Below are positions 45,231 to 59,773 of a DNA stretch of 64,000 nt, one piece after another. The stretch covers positions 47,802,001-47,866,000 of the forward strand of contig OZ024746.1 in NCBI GenBank assembly GCA_964016885.1, in the 5' to 3' direction. The notes beneath the pieces were generated by a model. That model saw only the letters and a program-made list of their open reading frames with translations, did not search any database and had not been told where the DNA came from. A program made the translations under genes and the position numbers. The stretch comes from Eledone cirrhosa (Eukaryota). How positions within the stretch are numbered: the first letter of the stretch is position 1; each line of letters begins with the position of its first letter.

Positions 45231-46037
45231 GTTTCAAATTCAGTACCAACGAAAGAAGCGACTATCGTTAACGTAAATTACTATAAATACTTTTAATATG
45301 TGGTAATTAGTAATGAATTTGAACATAAATTACAAAATACGCAATACAAAGCAGTTTTTAATTAGTTGAGTAACAAATAATTTCAATAACGTTAATTACG
45401 AAATACATAATACTTATATTATTTATATGTTATAAACATGTCTTATCGAGGAAACGAGATCGAAGAAAAGGTATTTGAGCACATGTCCCCAAAATAACTT
45501 TGTAAATATGAAACTAACAAACCATGTAAGTTTTCTGGCATAGCTCTATAGTTACATTTGGAAACTCATAATTTTCCTGCCCAATTTTTTATCTTATTTT
45601 AGTGTTGATCTCAACATCCGTTGGATTAACGAAATTCAATGTAGGTAAAATAACTGCACAAGACCAGCAATGTTGGCCTAAGGAGAAAGTCGATTAACTT
45701 AACCCAAGTATTGGACTGGTACCTTAATTTATAGACCTTGGAAGGATGAAAGACAAAGTTGACCTTGGTGGGATTTGAACTAGGAACGTAAGCGGCGAGA
45801 ACAAATACCACACAATATTCTCTTCGTCTAAACAAATACAGATTCCTGAAACTAATGTACTGTAACGTATGGAATCTAACACTGAATTAATGTGTTAATG
45901 ACGACAAAATACCTGTTATTTAAAGTGTAGCAGTCAAGTACTTGGGTCGATATAATCAACTTACCCTCCAAAATTGCTGGCCTTGTGCCAAAATTAAAAA
46001 CCGTTATTAATATTACCATTGATGGCCATCATTGTAG

Positions 46038-46138
46038 GTGTGAACAGATTTAGTGACGATATCGAATCCATGATTGGCACCCGCCCAGGTCTCTTTTGGC
46101 GAGGCTGTTGGGCAGTTGTCAGCCCAGTCTTCTTGTTG
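46038..46138 (+). CDS. SLC6A4: SERT-like exon 9 in window (TM11); absent from ORF track
   Basis: TAG acceptor, GTAAGT donor; [34 protein letters not shown]. Confidence 0.94.
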
Positions 46139-46536
46139 GTAAGTATTTACAATATCATATTTCAACAATTTAAACATGATACCACGAATAACTAATTAGA
46201 TATGCATATATGTTCTTCAGGTTTTATTATTTTATGAATTTTCACCAAATCCTTCATACTTCCTCAGCATAAAGAATGAGTTTACTGACAGTGTAAATAA
46301 CATCACAGAGAGACTTTCTCCTTGAAATATACTCCTTCGATATTCTATGTTGTCAATGACAATATAGTCCTCTTTCTCTGTATTTAACTACAGTGATACG
46401 GGAAGAAAATAGTTTCACAATATCTCTAGCATAAATACAAAAATAAAGAAATATGGAAAACATGATAAATTTGCGATGTTGAAATTGTTTTCAGGAACTA
46501 AAATTTTTTCTTTCTTTCTCACATTCATTTTCATAG

Positions 46537-46704
46537 ATGCTATTTACTTTATCAATAATGAATGACAGTGGCCCAAGATACGGAGATTATGAATACCCAC
46601 CGTGGTCTATTGGGATTGGTTGGGTTATCGTGTGTTCTTCTTTAATATGCATTCCGCTGTATATGATATATAAATTCATCGCATTGGACGGTTCGGTGTG
46701 TGAG
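46537..46704 (+). CDS. SLC6A4: SERT-like exon 10 in window (TM12)
   Basis: TAG acceptor, GTAAGT donor; MLFTLSIMNDSGPRYGDYEYPPWSIGIGWVIVCSSLICIPLYMIYKFIALDGSVCE. Confidence 0.94.
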
Positions 46705-47199
46705 GTAAGTATAACTAACCTATAACCTACACATGAGATTAGTCACATTATTTCAGTTTAAGTGTGGTGATGAGATTAAGAATAATTGCTTCTCAATCAC
46801 CTGGTTCTAGATGTGATCTTCACTTGCACATGTGTTTAGTCCGTCTCTTCTAGCATTGGGGAAATTGTACTCTAGCACGACCCCAGCTCTACCAAGAGCT
46901 TTGTAAGTAAATTTGGGTGGAAGAAAATTTTGGAAAAGAAGCTGCATAGACTCCACACATGTCTAAGCGTAGCACTCTCTGCTCTTCCTTAAATGGGACT
47001 CAACTTTGTTGAAAGCATTCAAGCTATGTGTCCAATCTCAGGAATCAAGAGTTGTGGTTCTTTCTCAATTTTCTTTTCAATTATGGAAGGCTTAGCACAG
47101 GTCACTGGATGTGGCCTTCCGCCTCTGATTACGACTACATCCTGTTGACGTACGAACCGGAAGAAAAGTATACTTCCATAACACTAATAATAATAATAA

Positions 47200-47255
<56 letters not shown>

Positions 47256-47511
47256 GAGAGTAATTAGAATCGAAGTCAGTGTTGCAGCATATGTACAAAC
47301 TTTACTGGTATATTGCAACTGTTTCGATATACTGCAACAGGGTGAAATCAAAATAACAAGACCTGACTCTCCTTCAACATCTCGGCAGATATGTGAGTTC
47401 ATATGTGTAAAGACACATATTAAGGCTAAATAGTGAGTCTTGTTACTCTGGAGTTTCGCCTGCTTCGCATCGGATTATCAGATAAGAATGTTCTTGTCTG
47501 ATGACTCTGTG

Positions 47512-47581
<70 letters not shown>

Positions 47582-47656
47582 CATGTATATGTATGTGTGT
47601 GTTTTCATGTGTCACATATCATGTAATATTCTTTTAAATAATTTTAACTTTTGCAG

Positions 47657-47737
47657 AGACTTAGGAAAATGATTCAACCTTCGGAGGTGCCAAAGCACGT
47701 ACAACGGCAACAAGAGGCTGAACCGATCTTTCTATGA
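47657..47737 (+). CDS. SLC6A4: SERT-like terminal coding exon
   Basis: TTTTGCAG acceptor; RLRKMIQPSEVPKHVQRQQEAEPIFL-TGA; starts with the RI/RL ER-export motif like the human last exon. Confidence 0.88.
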   Translation, partial: RLRKMIQPSEVPKHVQRQQEAEPIFL

Positions 47738-49343
47738 GTGAATGGCAGCATTCCTGTTTCCAAGTAAATTCCTATTTCGGTGACTGTTATCCAAAGCAGA
47801 GGAAAGAGAGTGAATCCCGACTTGAGAAAACAATTAGACATCTGTGTCAAATTAGCACTTGGAGGAGAATTGCTGATATCTTTTCATTTTTTTTTTTTTT
47901 TTTTGGTTTACCGTTCTCCTTTTTCACAATTATGTGACCTAGTCTACGATGAAGACACGGAAAATATCTAATCGGTTCGATCTCTCGACTATTGGGTTTT
48001 CTAACCTCTTACCTTTTGACTAAATATCTGTTTTCGTACTTTATATTATTTCTACGTTTTTCTTTTTTTTTTGTTACGGTTGAGGTGGGGCAAATCACTG
48101 TTGTATGACGGAGATGAAATATTTGCTGTTAGTGACAAAACAAACAAATGTTATCTGTGCTCTGTAACAACCCCTCTCTTTCCATCCCTCCCATCTGTCT
48201 GTTTATTGGTATCTCTCTCTCTCTCTCTCTCTCTTTCTTCCCATCTCTCTCTCCTTTTCTCCACCTCTCTTACATTCAAACTAACTTTACTAGATAATAT
48301 CAGTGGGTTACCATTCTTGCCTTCTAGCCTCGTCATTGCACGAATTAAATTGCCGTTAGAGAGTACATTAGATTAAGACCATACTCTTGTTCTGCTTATT
48401 CTTGGTTTTCTTGTTTTATCTTCTTCATTATTTCATCATTTACTTTACAAACTCCCTTTGTCCATCTTCAAACAGTTTCTTTTAAGATCTGTTTTTTCGT
48501 TTAATTTCTTTATTTATATATTTTTTCTCTATTGTTCCCACTCTTCTCACCTTTTCAAATGTTCACTTTCTTCGAGTATTCATTTGATTCCTTCATTCAA
48601 CTTTATTGTCTTATTTTTCCTCTGTCCTCATAATTTTCGTTGTCTTCCTTTTCCTGTTCATCCCACTGCTTTTTTAAAAATCATTTTTACCACTTTTTAC
48701 TGACCCTCCTAATATATAGTTTCTTTCTTTTAACCACCTTAATTTCATCTTATCACCTTCCTCCACTTTTCACTTATCTATAGCAACTATGTCCACATAA
48801 TTCTCCTTCCACACATTCCCCTGTCTTCCTTCTTCTTCCTTCAGCTTTTTCTTACCCTTCTGCCATCAGCTTAATATCGTTGAATCCCCATTAACTAGGG
48901 GAGAACAATATATTTCAGGGAATATTCTCTATTTTGACGTACCGTTTGATGCGATTGGATTGTTTATTTCGTTCTGCCTACATACATACTTTAGTCCCAT
49001 ACACAAACACACCAATAGATGCATTCTTGACACATAGACATACATACATATACACACATAAAAGCACGCAGACAAATACATTAACTGCAAGTAACCAATC
49101 ATTCATTAAATTAATTGGCAACAACTTGGCAACAACAATTGGCAAGAACCTGAATATACATAAAAAATGATATATATATATATATATATGAATACACACA
49201 CACATACACACATACATACACATATAATATATATACAACCGATCTACTTTTAGAAAAGGTGAGTAGGTACCTGTTTCCATTGAAGCTAAAAATAAACGTG
49301 CGTTAAAACTTTTAACATGTAATTTCAACGTGTGTGTGTAGTT

Positions 49344-49375
<32 letters not shown>

Positions 49376-49664
49376 AACAAAGGAATTGTGGTAAGGAACG
49401 AGATGGACCATAACGCACCAGAGCACTCAATACTTAGGGTAGTAGAGTGGGAAATAGGAAAAAGTATGACCCCGGCGGCAGAGCTCAAGCCGTTCAGACG
49501 GCTATTTCTGGACCCAGAAATAGCCGTCTAAACGGCTTGATCTCTGCCGCCGGGGTCATACTTTTTCCTATATATATAGATATATATAAACTACACACAC
49601 ACACACTATGTCCAGAAATAGCCGTCGAAACGGCTTGAGCTCTGCCGTCGGGGTCATACCTTTT

Positions 49665-49724
<60 letters not shown>

Positions 49725-49738
49725 TACATGTACATATA

Positions 49739-49777
<39 letters not shown>

Positions 49778-49899
49778 ATGTATATACATATATATATATA
49801 TGTATATGTATATACATATATATATATATGTATATGTATATACATATATATATATGTATATGTATATACATATATATATATATATGTATATGTATATAC

Positions 49900-49997
<98 letters not shown>

Positions 49998-50251
49998 GAG
50001 AGACACAGGGAGGGTGAGGAGAAAAAGAGAGATTGCAAGCGAAACATAATGAACTCTGAGCTGAAAGTGCAGTATTTAGGATACACTTGGATATCATCAC
50101 AGCTGATACAGCCAATGTCATGCGGGTTTTCGATTGACGCTGGCACATATAAAATGGTCGAAACACATCCAACAATTTTCAGACGGTGGATAAGTTCGAC
50201 AATAAACATGTCAAAACAATTAGGTATTACACCATACAGAAAGTGAATAAA

Positions 50252-50286
<35 letters not shown>

Positions 50287-50402
50287 ATATTGCATAAACG
50301 CTGTAAACTAATTGATGCCTATATATTTACTGAATGCTGTGGTTTGTTATTAGATAAATTGTTAGCCCAAGCATAAAGAAAGAACAGAAATCGAAACGAT
50401 TG

Positions 50403-50475
<73 letters not shown>

Positions 50476-50639
50476 ATATATATGTATATATATATATAGG
50501 ATACGCTTCGGCGTATCCTATATATATATATACATATAGTAAGCAAAAGTAAATTGTAATGATTCAGTAAACTTTTCATTGGGTTTTTATGTAACATTAC
50601 AAAAGAAGGTAAGGAAATAGTTATCATTGCAGACTGCAT

Positions 50640-50693
<54 letters not shown>

Positions 50694-50701
50694 GCATAAA
50701 G

Positions 50702-50745
<44 letters not shown>

Positions 50746-51030
50746 TTAGAGAGAGAATTTGTAAAGAGTTATGGAAAGTAAGATAAAAGGGGCTGATAAT
50801 CATTCTTTTATTGTTTTACATTTTTGTTAGTATCAGCCATTCGGGGTTGTGGGCATGCTGGAGCATGCTATGAAGGTTATTCGTGGATGACTTATACATG
50901 ACAGGTTATGATGATAATGTTATTTTTTTATGTACAGATATATTTCGTTAAATATTGTTCAGAAACTACGGGATACACGTAACGTAAAATTATAATGATG
51001 ATAATAATAATGATAATGATAATGATGATT

Positions 51031-51068
<38 letters not shown>

Positions 51069-51140
51069 AATAATAACAATAGTAAATTATTTCCGTTTTT
51101 TTATATACACGCATACATATATCTAGACACAAGCACCCAG

Positions 51141-51174
<34 letters not shown>

Positions 51175-51183
51175 ATGTGTGTG

Positions 51184-51236
<53 letters not shown>

Positions 51237-51414
51237 GTATATATATGTATATATATGTGCGTGTGTGAATGTGCATGTATGTATACATGCAATTCCCACA
51301 CATGCGCATATACACATACTTTCACAGAGGTTCGTTAAAAGATCCCTGTGCTACTAGTTATGAAATTGTCATTCTTTAATGTATGTGTGTGTATAAATGT
51401 GTACATGACATTAT

Positions 51415-51489
<75 letters not shown>

Positions 51490-51812
51490 ATATATATATC
51501 ATACAGATTAAGTTGAGTATATGTATATGTATGTATGTCTCCCTCAATAGATACATGCATATATGTGTGTATATATGTATGAGTATGTGTGTATCGGTTT
51601 CTCCGTCTTATCAGTTTTTATGTATATATTAAAGCTTGTATATAATATAAATCCTGAAGTAGTGATATATTTATAGCTGGTTGAATATTTGGTTATATTT
51701 CCATGTACATATATATATATACATCTATTATCAAAATGAGTAAAAAATCACGACTGTATTATTTATATATGTAGATATACATACATTTATATAAATTCAT
51801 ATGTATGATAAA

Positions 51813-51909
<97 letters not shown>

Positions 51910-52529
51910 TTATTTGAAAAAAAGAAGAACAGAGACGAATTTATATATTCCACTTGTTTGTTGTCTTGTGTCACTCTCATTATATACATTTCAAAGGCAT
52001 TAAAATGTCCTTATGTAATAACTATTTAATACGCTGTCGTCAGACACGTTCTGAGAATGTGAACAATGCTTTTGCTTTTGGCTTTTGAAATACCCGCTGT
52101 TGAAGGAATGTTGTTCATTCGCAATATAGTTGACATTGCTTACATTTTCAGCACCTATCCGACGACTACACATTATATGAAATGTATATAACCGGCGTGA
52201 TGTAAGACAATAAAGAGCAGTAGAACATGTAAAATCGTTTCTCTTCTTACTTAATATTGATAATCCGACTGATACCATATACGTAATACATTTGACGTGG
52301 GGTGTTTATGCTTGATTACACCTAAGTTAGTTGATTGCTTGGATCAACCAACACAGATTATTGAAGCAAATATATATATATATATTGTTATACTTTGGGA
52401 GGGTCATGTTGCCAATAAGAAACACACGCACCATGCTTTCACTTCAATTTATTATATATTTATAAATTTATAAATTTATAAATTTCTGGTTGGTTGGTTG
52501 GTTCCACAACCAGATAGTTGTTTATATAT

Positions 52530-52574
52530 AGTCATATTTCTTTCGTCACACACTCTGTGACCTCTTCAGTGACT
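52530..52574 (-). ncRNA. Minimal hammerhead in pLTR (mirror copy 53451-53495 on +)
   Basis: AGTCA CTGAAGA G GTCACA-GAGTG-TGTGAC GAAA GAAA TA TGACT; the plus copy ends GAAC TG (G at the cleavage position). Confidence 0.65.
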
Positions 52575-52658
52575 GGGGATTACTTTCTTTGTTTCTGTGC
52601 CTCTCCTTTGTTCTGTCCTACGCCATTTTGTTTCTGTGTGTGTGTTGTGTGCTCAGTC

Positions 52659-53250
52659 TAGTAACAAGGCTAATAGAATAAACTCATGGTATGATAGCAA
52701 TAAATACCAGAGTGTAATGTTCATCAATACAACCCCTAGAGGTGAATTAGCTTACAAATTTAGAAGGGCCCTAAATAAACATAAACTCAATATTAAGATA
52801 GTAGAAAGACCAGGTACCTCCGTAAAAACACTTATTAGCAAGACATACCCTTTTCAAAGACCCTCATGTATAGATAAGAAATGTATAACCTGTAAAATAA
52901 GCCCCCATATTAACTGTAAAACTAGAAATGTAGTGTATAGCATAAGATGTACTGAAGGACAATGTAGAGACAAAAATATAGTGTACATAGGTGAGACAGC
53001 TCGTAGTGTAGGGGAACGGATAAATGAACACTGGCGAGACCTTCAAGATAATAAACAATCATCTGTACTCTACCAACATGCTAAGATAGAACACAAGGGT
53101 AAATTAGAGAAAATAGAAATAAAAATAGAATCTACACACAGAAAAGACGCAATGTTTAGACAAATTACAGAGGCAATAAACATAAAAGAATTACAACCAA
53201 AATTAAATAGAAAATATGAGTGGAACAGCAACATCACAACTTACAATTAA
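52659..53250 (+). CDS. Penelope-like ORF C-terminus: Cys-rich linker and GIY-YIG endonuclease (5'-truncated, frame intact)
   Basis: CIDKKCITC..NVVYSIRC..YIGETARSVGERINEH..RQITEAINI..PKLN. Confidence 0.88.
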
Positions 53251-54643
53251 GGACAAAATGAAAACACACACACACATAGAACAAACAACCAACCAGTAAC
53301 ATGTAAATAAACAAATAAATAAATGAACATAAACACACACAGACACCCGGATGTGGCGCATGCGCAGACTGAGCACACAACACACACACAGAAACAAAAT
53401 GGCGTAGGACAGAACAAAGGAGAAGCACAGAAACAAAGAAAGGAATCCCCAGTCACTGAAGAGGTCACAGAGTGTGTGACGAAAGAACTGTGACTATATA
53501 TAAACAACTATCTGGTTGTGGAACCAACCAACCAACCAGAAATTTATAAATTTATAAATTTATAAATATATAATAAATTGAAGTGAAAGCAACTGGTGCG
53601 TGTGTTTCTTATTGGCAACATGACCCTCCCAAAGTATAACAATATCTGTTTCAACACACGATTTCAGATAAAGAATCTTGCTAAACAAATTCGGAAACGA
53701 AATATATATATATATATATATATATCAACGGATGGTAGATTAAGGAATTAATGGAATACACTATATATTCTTTTGTTTTTTTAATATTTTAACAGAAATG
53801 AGCACTTTGGTGTGTGGGGTGTGTGCGTGTTTTATGGTTACACTTATAGCAGTGTATTTTTTAAAATTCCAATATCACCCTAAACTGGTCCTTTTCTCGC
53901 GGTCAAATTAGCAAAAATAAATTGTTACAGAAGCGCGAAACAGCATTTTAGATGGTTTTCATAGTTATACAATAAATTTATTGAAAAAAGACTTATAAAA
54001 AAATTGAAACATCAATGTAAGTATGCCGAAAAAAAGAAATAAAAAAATGTAAGCGAAACAAAAAAAAAAAATAATAATAAAAACAGCAAGAAAAAAAAAG
54101 ACCGAAAGTCTATATTGAATATGTTTCTATTGCTTTGAATATTTTTTAATATCTTGAGACAAATATAAAAAAGATATTTAAACAAAAAGTAATTAATGAT
54201 GGGGAAATATTTCGTAAAATATTTTGTAAAAATTTTGTCACATTTGTAAACTTAAAAAGTCGACAGATTTTTCACCATTTTTATTTTTTTTATTTTGTAT
54301 AATTCGTCGATTTTACTTCTTATATAGTATTTGTTATTATATAGTATTGTCTTGTTATTATATTTTTTCTGGTTTTTGAACTTTATAATTTTGATTTTAT
54401 ATTGTTGTATGATTGAAGAGGATCCAAAATAATGCAGGTTTACGTCTTGCCAAAAAGAAGGAAAAACAAAACTTAAAAAAAATATGGACAAATCAAAATG
54501 GCTCCTTGCATTTTCCCACTTGTTACCTTGTCAGTTTAAAAAGTTGTTATACTTACTATTATCAAACACCGGGGTCGATGTAATCGACTGCCCTCCATTT
54601 TGGCCTTGCGCCTATATTAGAAACAATTGTTATTATAATTACA

Positions 54644-54714
<71 letters not shown>

Positions 54715-55378
54715 CATTATTATTATTATTATTATCATTATCACCATCTTCATCATCATCCTCATCGTTTTTATTTCTTCGAAGTCGATAATATAAAAAA
54801 AACAGTCTTTTTTTTTAAAAATCGATTTAATCAATCCACTATTACTCCCCTCCCCACCCCCAACTAAAATTTGTAGCCTTGTGTCTATGTAAAAATCAAT
54901 ATTGTTTTTTATACTTGTCCTCATCGTCATCCTGATCATCATCATTATCATCATCATCATTTTCGTCATTGTCGTCGTCGTGGTTTCGCCAAGGTTTGCT
55001 TTTCATCCTTTCAAGATCGATACAATAAGCACTGGTCTTGTATTAAGGAGGAAATATAATCAATTATACCCTGTCATTGCACCAAAATGTTTGGCCTTAC
55101 GCTTATGTTAAAGAAACTCTTATTATGGATCTTGTTATTGTTGTTGCTGTTGTTGTTTTTTTGTTACCGTCTTTGTTATTGTTATTGTTATTGGTATTGT
55201 TATTTATTATATTGTTTTATTGATTGTTTTTGTTTTTTTTCCTAGATCTATTTTTCTTGTGAAGATAATACTGTTGATATTTCCGAATTTGTAATTGTCT
55301 GACAAGTTAGTGGCCAGATCAGATGGCATTCTTTGTTGAAACAAAACTAAGGCAATTACATCATTGAAGCATAATATA

Positions 55379-55431
<53 letters not shown>

Positions 55432-56221
55432 ACCGTTATATTTACTTTTGTTTTATTTTGTAATTGTATTATATACAATAAAGTTTTAAAAAAGAAAAAA
55501 TATGGTGTCGTACATATACGACCTGGTGTCACGGGTACTATTCCACTGTTGATACTGTTGTTGCTATTTTTTGTCATTGTTTTTGTTATTGTTAATGTTG
55601 TTGTTCTTGCTAGTTTTCATTTGTATTACTAATGGAAAAAAATATTGTTAATATTGTAGCTTACTAATTGCATGAATGTCCAAATCAGTAAATTAGTGAT
55701 GCACAACCGTTTTCACAAAGTGGTCCACAAAATCCCCGAGGAAAACTTTTCGGGTCATCAAATTTTAATTTATATTCAATTGCATTATGTAACGCAGTAG
55801 GTAAAAACAATCGCCACAAGCCCCACACATTGTTCAGTTGGACAATGATCCTAATTATAATTATGTTTTTGTTTGTTCTGTTTTGTAAGCAATTTCGTTT
55901 GTTTGTGGATATTAAGCTTTATAGAAGAATGGCAACACTAGAATATAACAGAGATGGTCTCGATCACTTACAGTATCAAGTCCTACAACTCTATGATCTA
56001 AGCTCAAATTACGTAGGGTTTACATTTGTATGTATTTCTACATGTATATATGTATGTGCATGTGTGTGCGTGCATTTCTATGAGTATTGAGCAATGTATG
56101 GTGAGGAGGGTTCTTTACGGTGGCTTTTCTTTATTTTAGTTGAATCAACTTTTATCCCATAAGCAGAATATTCCAACAAACGTAAGTGCTCTCCACAATC
56201 ATTATTTTTTGGTGGATTTAA

Positions 56222-56606
56222 GGGCGGTGGATTGGCAATATCGGTAGAGGGTCGGACGCCATGCTTTCCAGCATAGTTACGTCCCTTTACGATCTGAGTT
56301 CAAATCTCGCCGAGGTTGACTTTGCCTTTCATCCTTACGGGGTCGATAAAATAAAGTACCAGTAATGTACTGGGTAATTGCTGGCCTTGTGCCTAAAGTA
56401 GAAACAATTATTTTTGGGTGGATTGGCAGTATCGGTAGAGGGTCGGACGCCATGATTTGACGTATAGAGTTACGACCCTTGCCATTTTGAGTTCAAATCC
56501 CGCCGAGGTTAACTTTGCCTTTCATCCTTACGGGGTCGATAAAAATAAAGTACCAGTAATGCACTGGGTAATTGCTGGCCATTGTGCCAATAGTAGAAAC
56601 AATTAT
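56222..56606 (+). mobile_element. Two tandem full-length tRNA-derived SINEs of the dominant family (over 15 other copies or fragments, e.g. 6945, 8372, 16978, 41255, 45655 on minus; 25365, 42186, 58993, 62370 on plus)
   Basis: A-box TGGCAGTATCGG, B-box GTTCAAATC, central GCCTTTCATCCTTACGGGGTCGATAAAATAAAGTACC (Meta/RUDI-like domain), tail AGTAGAAACAATTATT. Confidence 0.85.
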
Positions 56607-57310
56607 TTTTTCCAGTACTCTCCATAGAGATTATTTTCTGGAATAATCTTCACAGAGACTATTTCCTGCAGTATTCTCTACAAGAACTATTTCCTATAGT
56701 TCACACCAAGAGAACTATTTTCTCCAACACTCTCGACCTGAACTATTTTCTGTAATATTCTCCATAAGACTATTTTCTATAAATATATCCACAAGAATTT
56801 CTTTCTGAAATTGTCTCAAAAACTATTTTCTTTAGTACTCTTCGCAGTGAGCAATATGTTGTAATCTCTACAAGAACTATCTTCTGAAAAAGTCTCCAAT
56901 AGAAATATTTCTGGAATAGTTTCTACAAGAACTATTTCTGCAGTAATGTCCATAAAACCTATTCACTGCAGAGATCTCTTCAAGAACTACTTTATGCAGA
57001 AGTTTCAATAAGATCTATATTCTGCAATGGTCTCTACAGGAACTAGTCTTAGTAATATTCTCCACAATCTATTCACTACAGTAATGCACGAATAATTTTC
57101 TGTAATACACCACACAATAACTATTTGCTGCACTCGTGTCAACAAGAACTATTTTCAATAACACTCTTCACAAAAACTTATTCGTAGGGCTATTTTCTAT
57201 AACACTCTTCACAAAAACTTACTCTTTGTAAAACTCTCTACAAGAACTATATTCTGCATTGGTCCTCACAAGAAGTATTTCTGCAATTGTCTTACAATAA
57301 CAACTTTCTG
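56607..57310. repeat. Degenerate about 30-bp tandem repeat, about 22 copies
   Basis: Recurrent AGTATTCTCTACAAGAACTATTTTCTGC-like units. Confidence 0.75.
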
Positions 57311-57968
57311 CACTCCGGATAAAAAGCATACTTTGTAGTCCACTTCTCTTTGTAGTCCACTTCTCCTGGAGCTCCTATTGCAATAGGCTTTACTGTTGTA
57401 ACAATGCCTCAACAACTTGCCACTTACATCTGTAAATATTATTATTGCTACTAATATTATTATTTCTATTAGAAGGATTATAAATGGGAAAGAGACAAAG
57501 AGAAGAGGAGTATTACGAGGTGTTGGTAGAATAACTTGAGTGTCAACAAAATGTCTCGGTTTATTTCGTTATATTTATTTACGTTTCATAATGGATTGGA
57601 AGAATCTTCGTCGACCCTTGCGGTAAATATACTATGAAACAATAATATATTGAAATCGATTACATCGTTATCGCTAGAGAACATAATCTAATGCTAACAG
57701 AAAAATGTTGCTGATGTTTTGTTTATATTATGGATCATATTGATGGGTATGGTCTAATGCGTACTGTGGTAATATTGAGTGATACATTTTCGTGGAATCT
57801 TATATCGGTAGTGAAACTAAAATTCGGTTTGTCACCCAACTTTGTATTACACGGGTGGGTCATACGTGGATAAAAGTACCACGCATCAACATACTTGCCT
57901 TCCAACTCAAATATAATATATATATATAAACACACACACACCATACACACACATACATAAAGATACAT

Positions 57969-58005
<37 letters not shown>

Positions 58006-59434
58006 CTCATATATATATATATTCTTTTACTCTTTTACCTGTTCCAACCATCCCACTGAGGCCATTTGTGTATGTATGTATGTATGTATGTATGTATGTA
58101 TGTGTGTATGTATGTATGTATGTGTGTATGTATGTATGTATAACATTATTTTCAGCAACAAGGATAGGGCCTTTACAGAAGCAGTAGATCACCGGAAAAA
58201 CTTCCTTGTGGTATTAAGTTACGCCCGTTTAAGGTTCTGGGGTCAAATCCCAAATAATGGTAAAAATTGCCGTTCATCCTGCTGAAACCGGTAAAGTAAC
58301 TTTATCTTCCTCTAAATGTATCATTGTCTTCCTATGTTAAAAAAGAAGTTATTTTATAACGTCATTAGTGTTTTACTGTTATGAGTGGTATTATTTCAAT
58401 GACTTATTGTTGTAAATGTTATCCTGTGTTATTCTGGATATTGAAGATATTCAATTACGTATGTGCACACACACACTGGCACTCACACACCCACACACAC
58501 CCACACACACCCCCACACACATATATATATATATAAAATATCTTTATTGATGCCGTTTCATACGATCGTCTCGATGGTGTACAATTTACGAATGTCATAT
58601 TTATATTAACATTTCCTTTGTGGAAAAACTTTTAGCATGTGTCTGGCATGAGTATGGGAACGACGGTCGTTATACTCAGCTTGTTTCGAGCTGATCTATT
58701 TATCGAATGAATCATTTGATGGAAACCACTCACTCTCAACCGTAATAATTCATCTTCAAGTTTCAGCTGTAATTAAGCAGTATAAGTTATTAAAAGGTAT
58801 GTGCTGAAGTCAATCCAAAGATATAATCTTCTGTGACAATGGTAATAGTAAATTCTTTCGTTTACAAACCTTCACATGGTAAGGTCTTCGCCTTTTTTTT
58901 TTTTTTTTTGTACATTTATCTATAACAACCTATTATACACCATTACATGCAGTTACCTACTGTGAACGTTTATCTCTACATACTTATTTTCTATCGGTAG
59001 AGGATCGGACGCCATGCTTTGCAGCATAGAGTTACGTCCCTTTACGGTTTGAGTTCAAATCCCGCTGAGGTTAACTTTACCTCACATCCTTACGGGGTCG
59101 ATAAAATAAAGTAAAGTAATGTACTGGGATACTTGCTGGCCTTGTGCCATAAGTAGAAACAATTATCTATAGATATTTCATACCTCTACCTAAATGTACC
59201 ACATATGTAGATCTACATACAGGTACCTATTTCGTACCTCTGCTTATTGATAGATACACATTTTCTTCCTCATCGTATAATTACTTATTTTACAGTTCCA
59301 CCGATTGGTATATAAAATCAGAAGAGAAATGTTTAGTTATCATTACTCGTGAACTAGTATTGTTGCAGGTAGCCACCTCTCACCAGTTAATACAGAATCT
59401 AAAGATTTCTTACTTATTCTATATAAGTGTAATG

Positions 59435-59773
59435 CAGAGGTTCTCAAAATGGGTGCTACCACCCCGGGGGGCTAAGGGGTGGTGGAGAGGGGGGTAGAGA
59501 TGATTCAATAGGATATTAAATATTAAATGATACATACTATATATAAATATAGTAAAATAAAAAAAATATATTTATTTATACATAGTATATATTATATTAT
59601 TTATTATATATAAATTAACGATTTTATTTATTATATATTATTTACAATTTGCGTGTAGGCAGGTCTCCCTGGAAATAGGGTTAGGGGTTGCTGAGGGTAT
59701 TTCGTGGCCGTGAGGGTGGGGGTGGGGGTGGGACAGGGTCCCAAAAGTTTGAGAATGAACCATTACACCTCTG
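59435..59773. mobile_element. hAT MITE, copy 1 (right TIR disrupted)
   Basis: CAGAGGTTCTCAA left TIR, GTGTAATG target duplication, internal homology to 63009-63338. Confidence 0.8.

Larger units (their letters stand above)
52383..53700 (+). mobile_element. Truncated Penelope-like element: GIY-YIG ORF between inverted pLTRs plus tail
   Basis: Arms about 52383-52658 and 53366-53645 are reverse complements; each carries a hammerhead motif; (TA)n flanks. Confidence 0.9.

Noticed and set aside
59714-59740. G-quadruplex-like GGGTGGGGGTGGGGGTGGG
   Set aside because: Inside a MITE and absent from the sister copy; no sign of function
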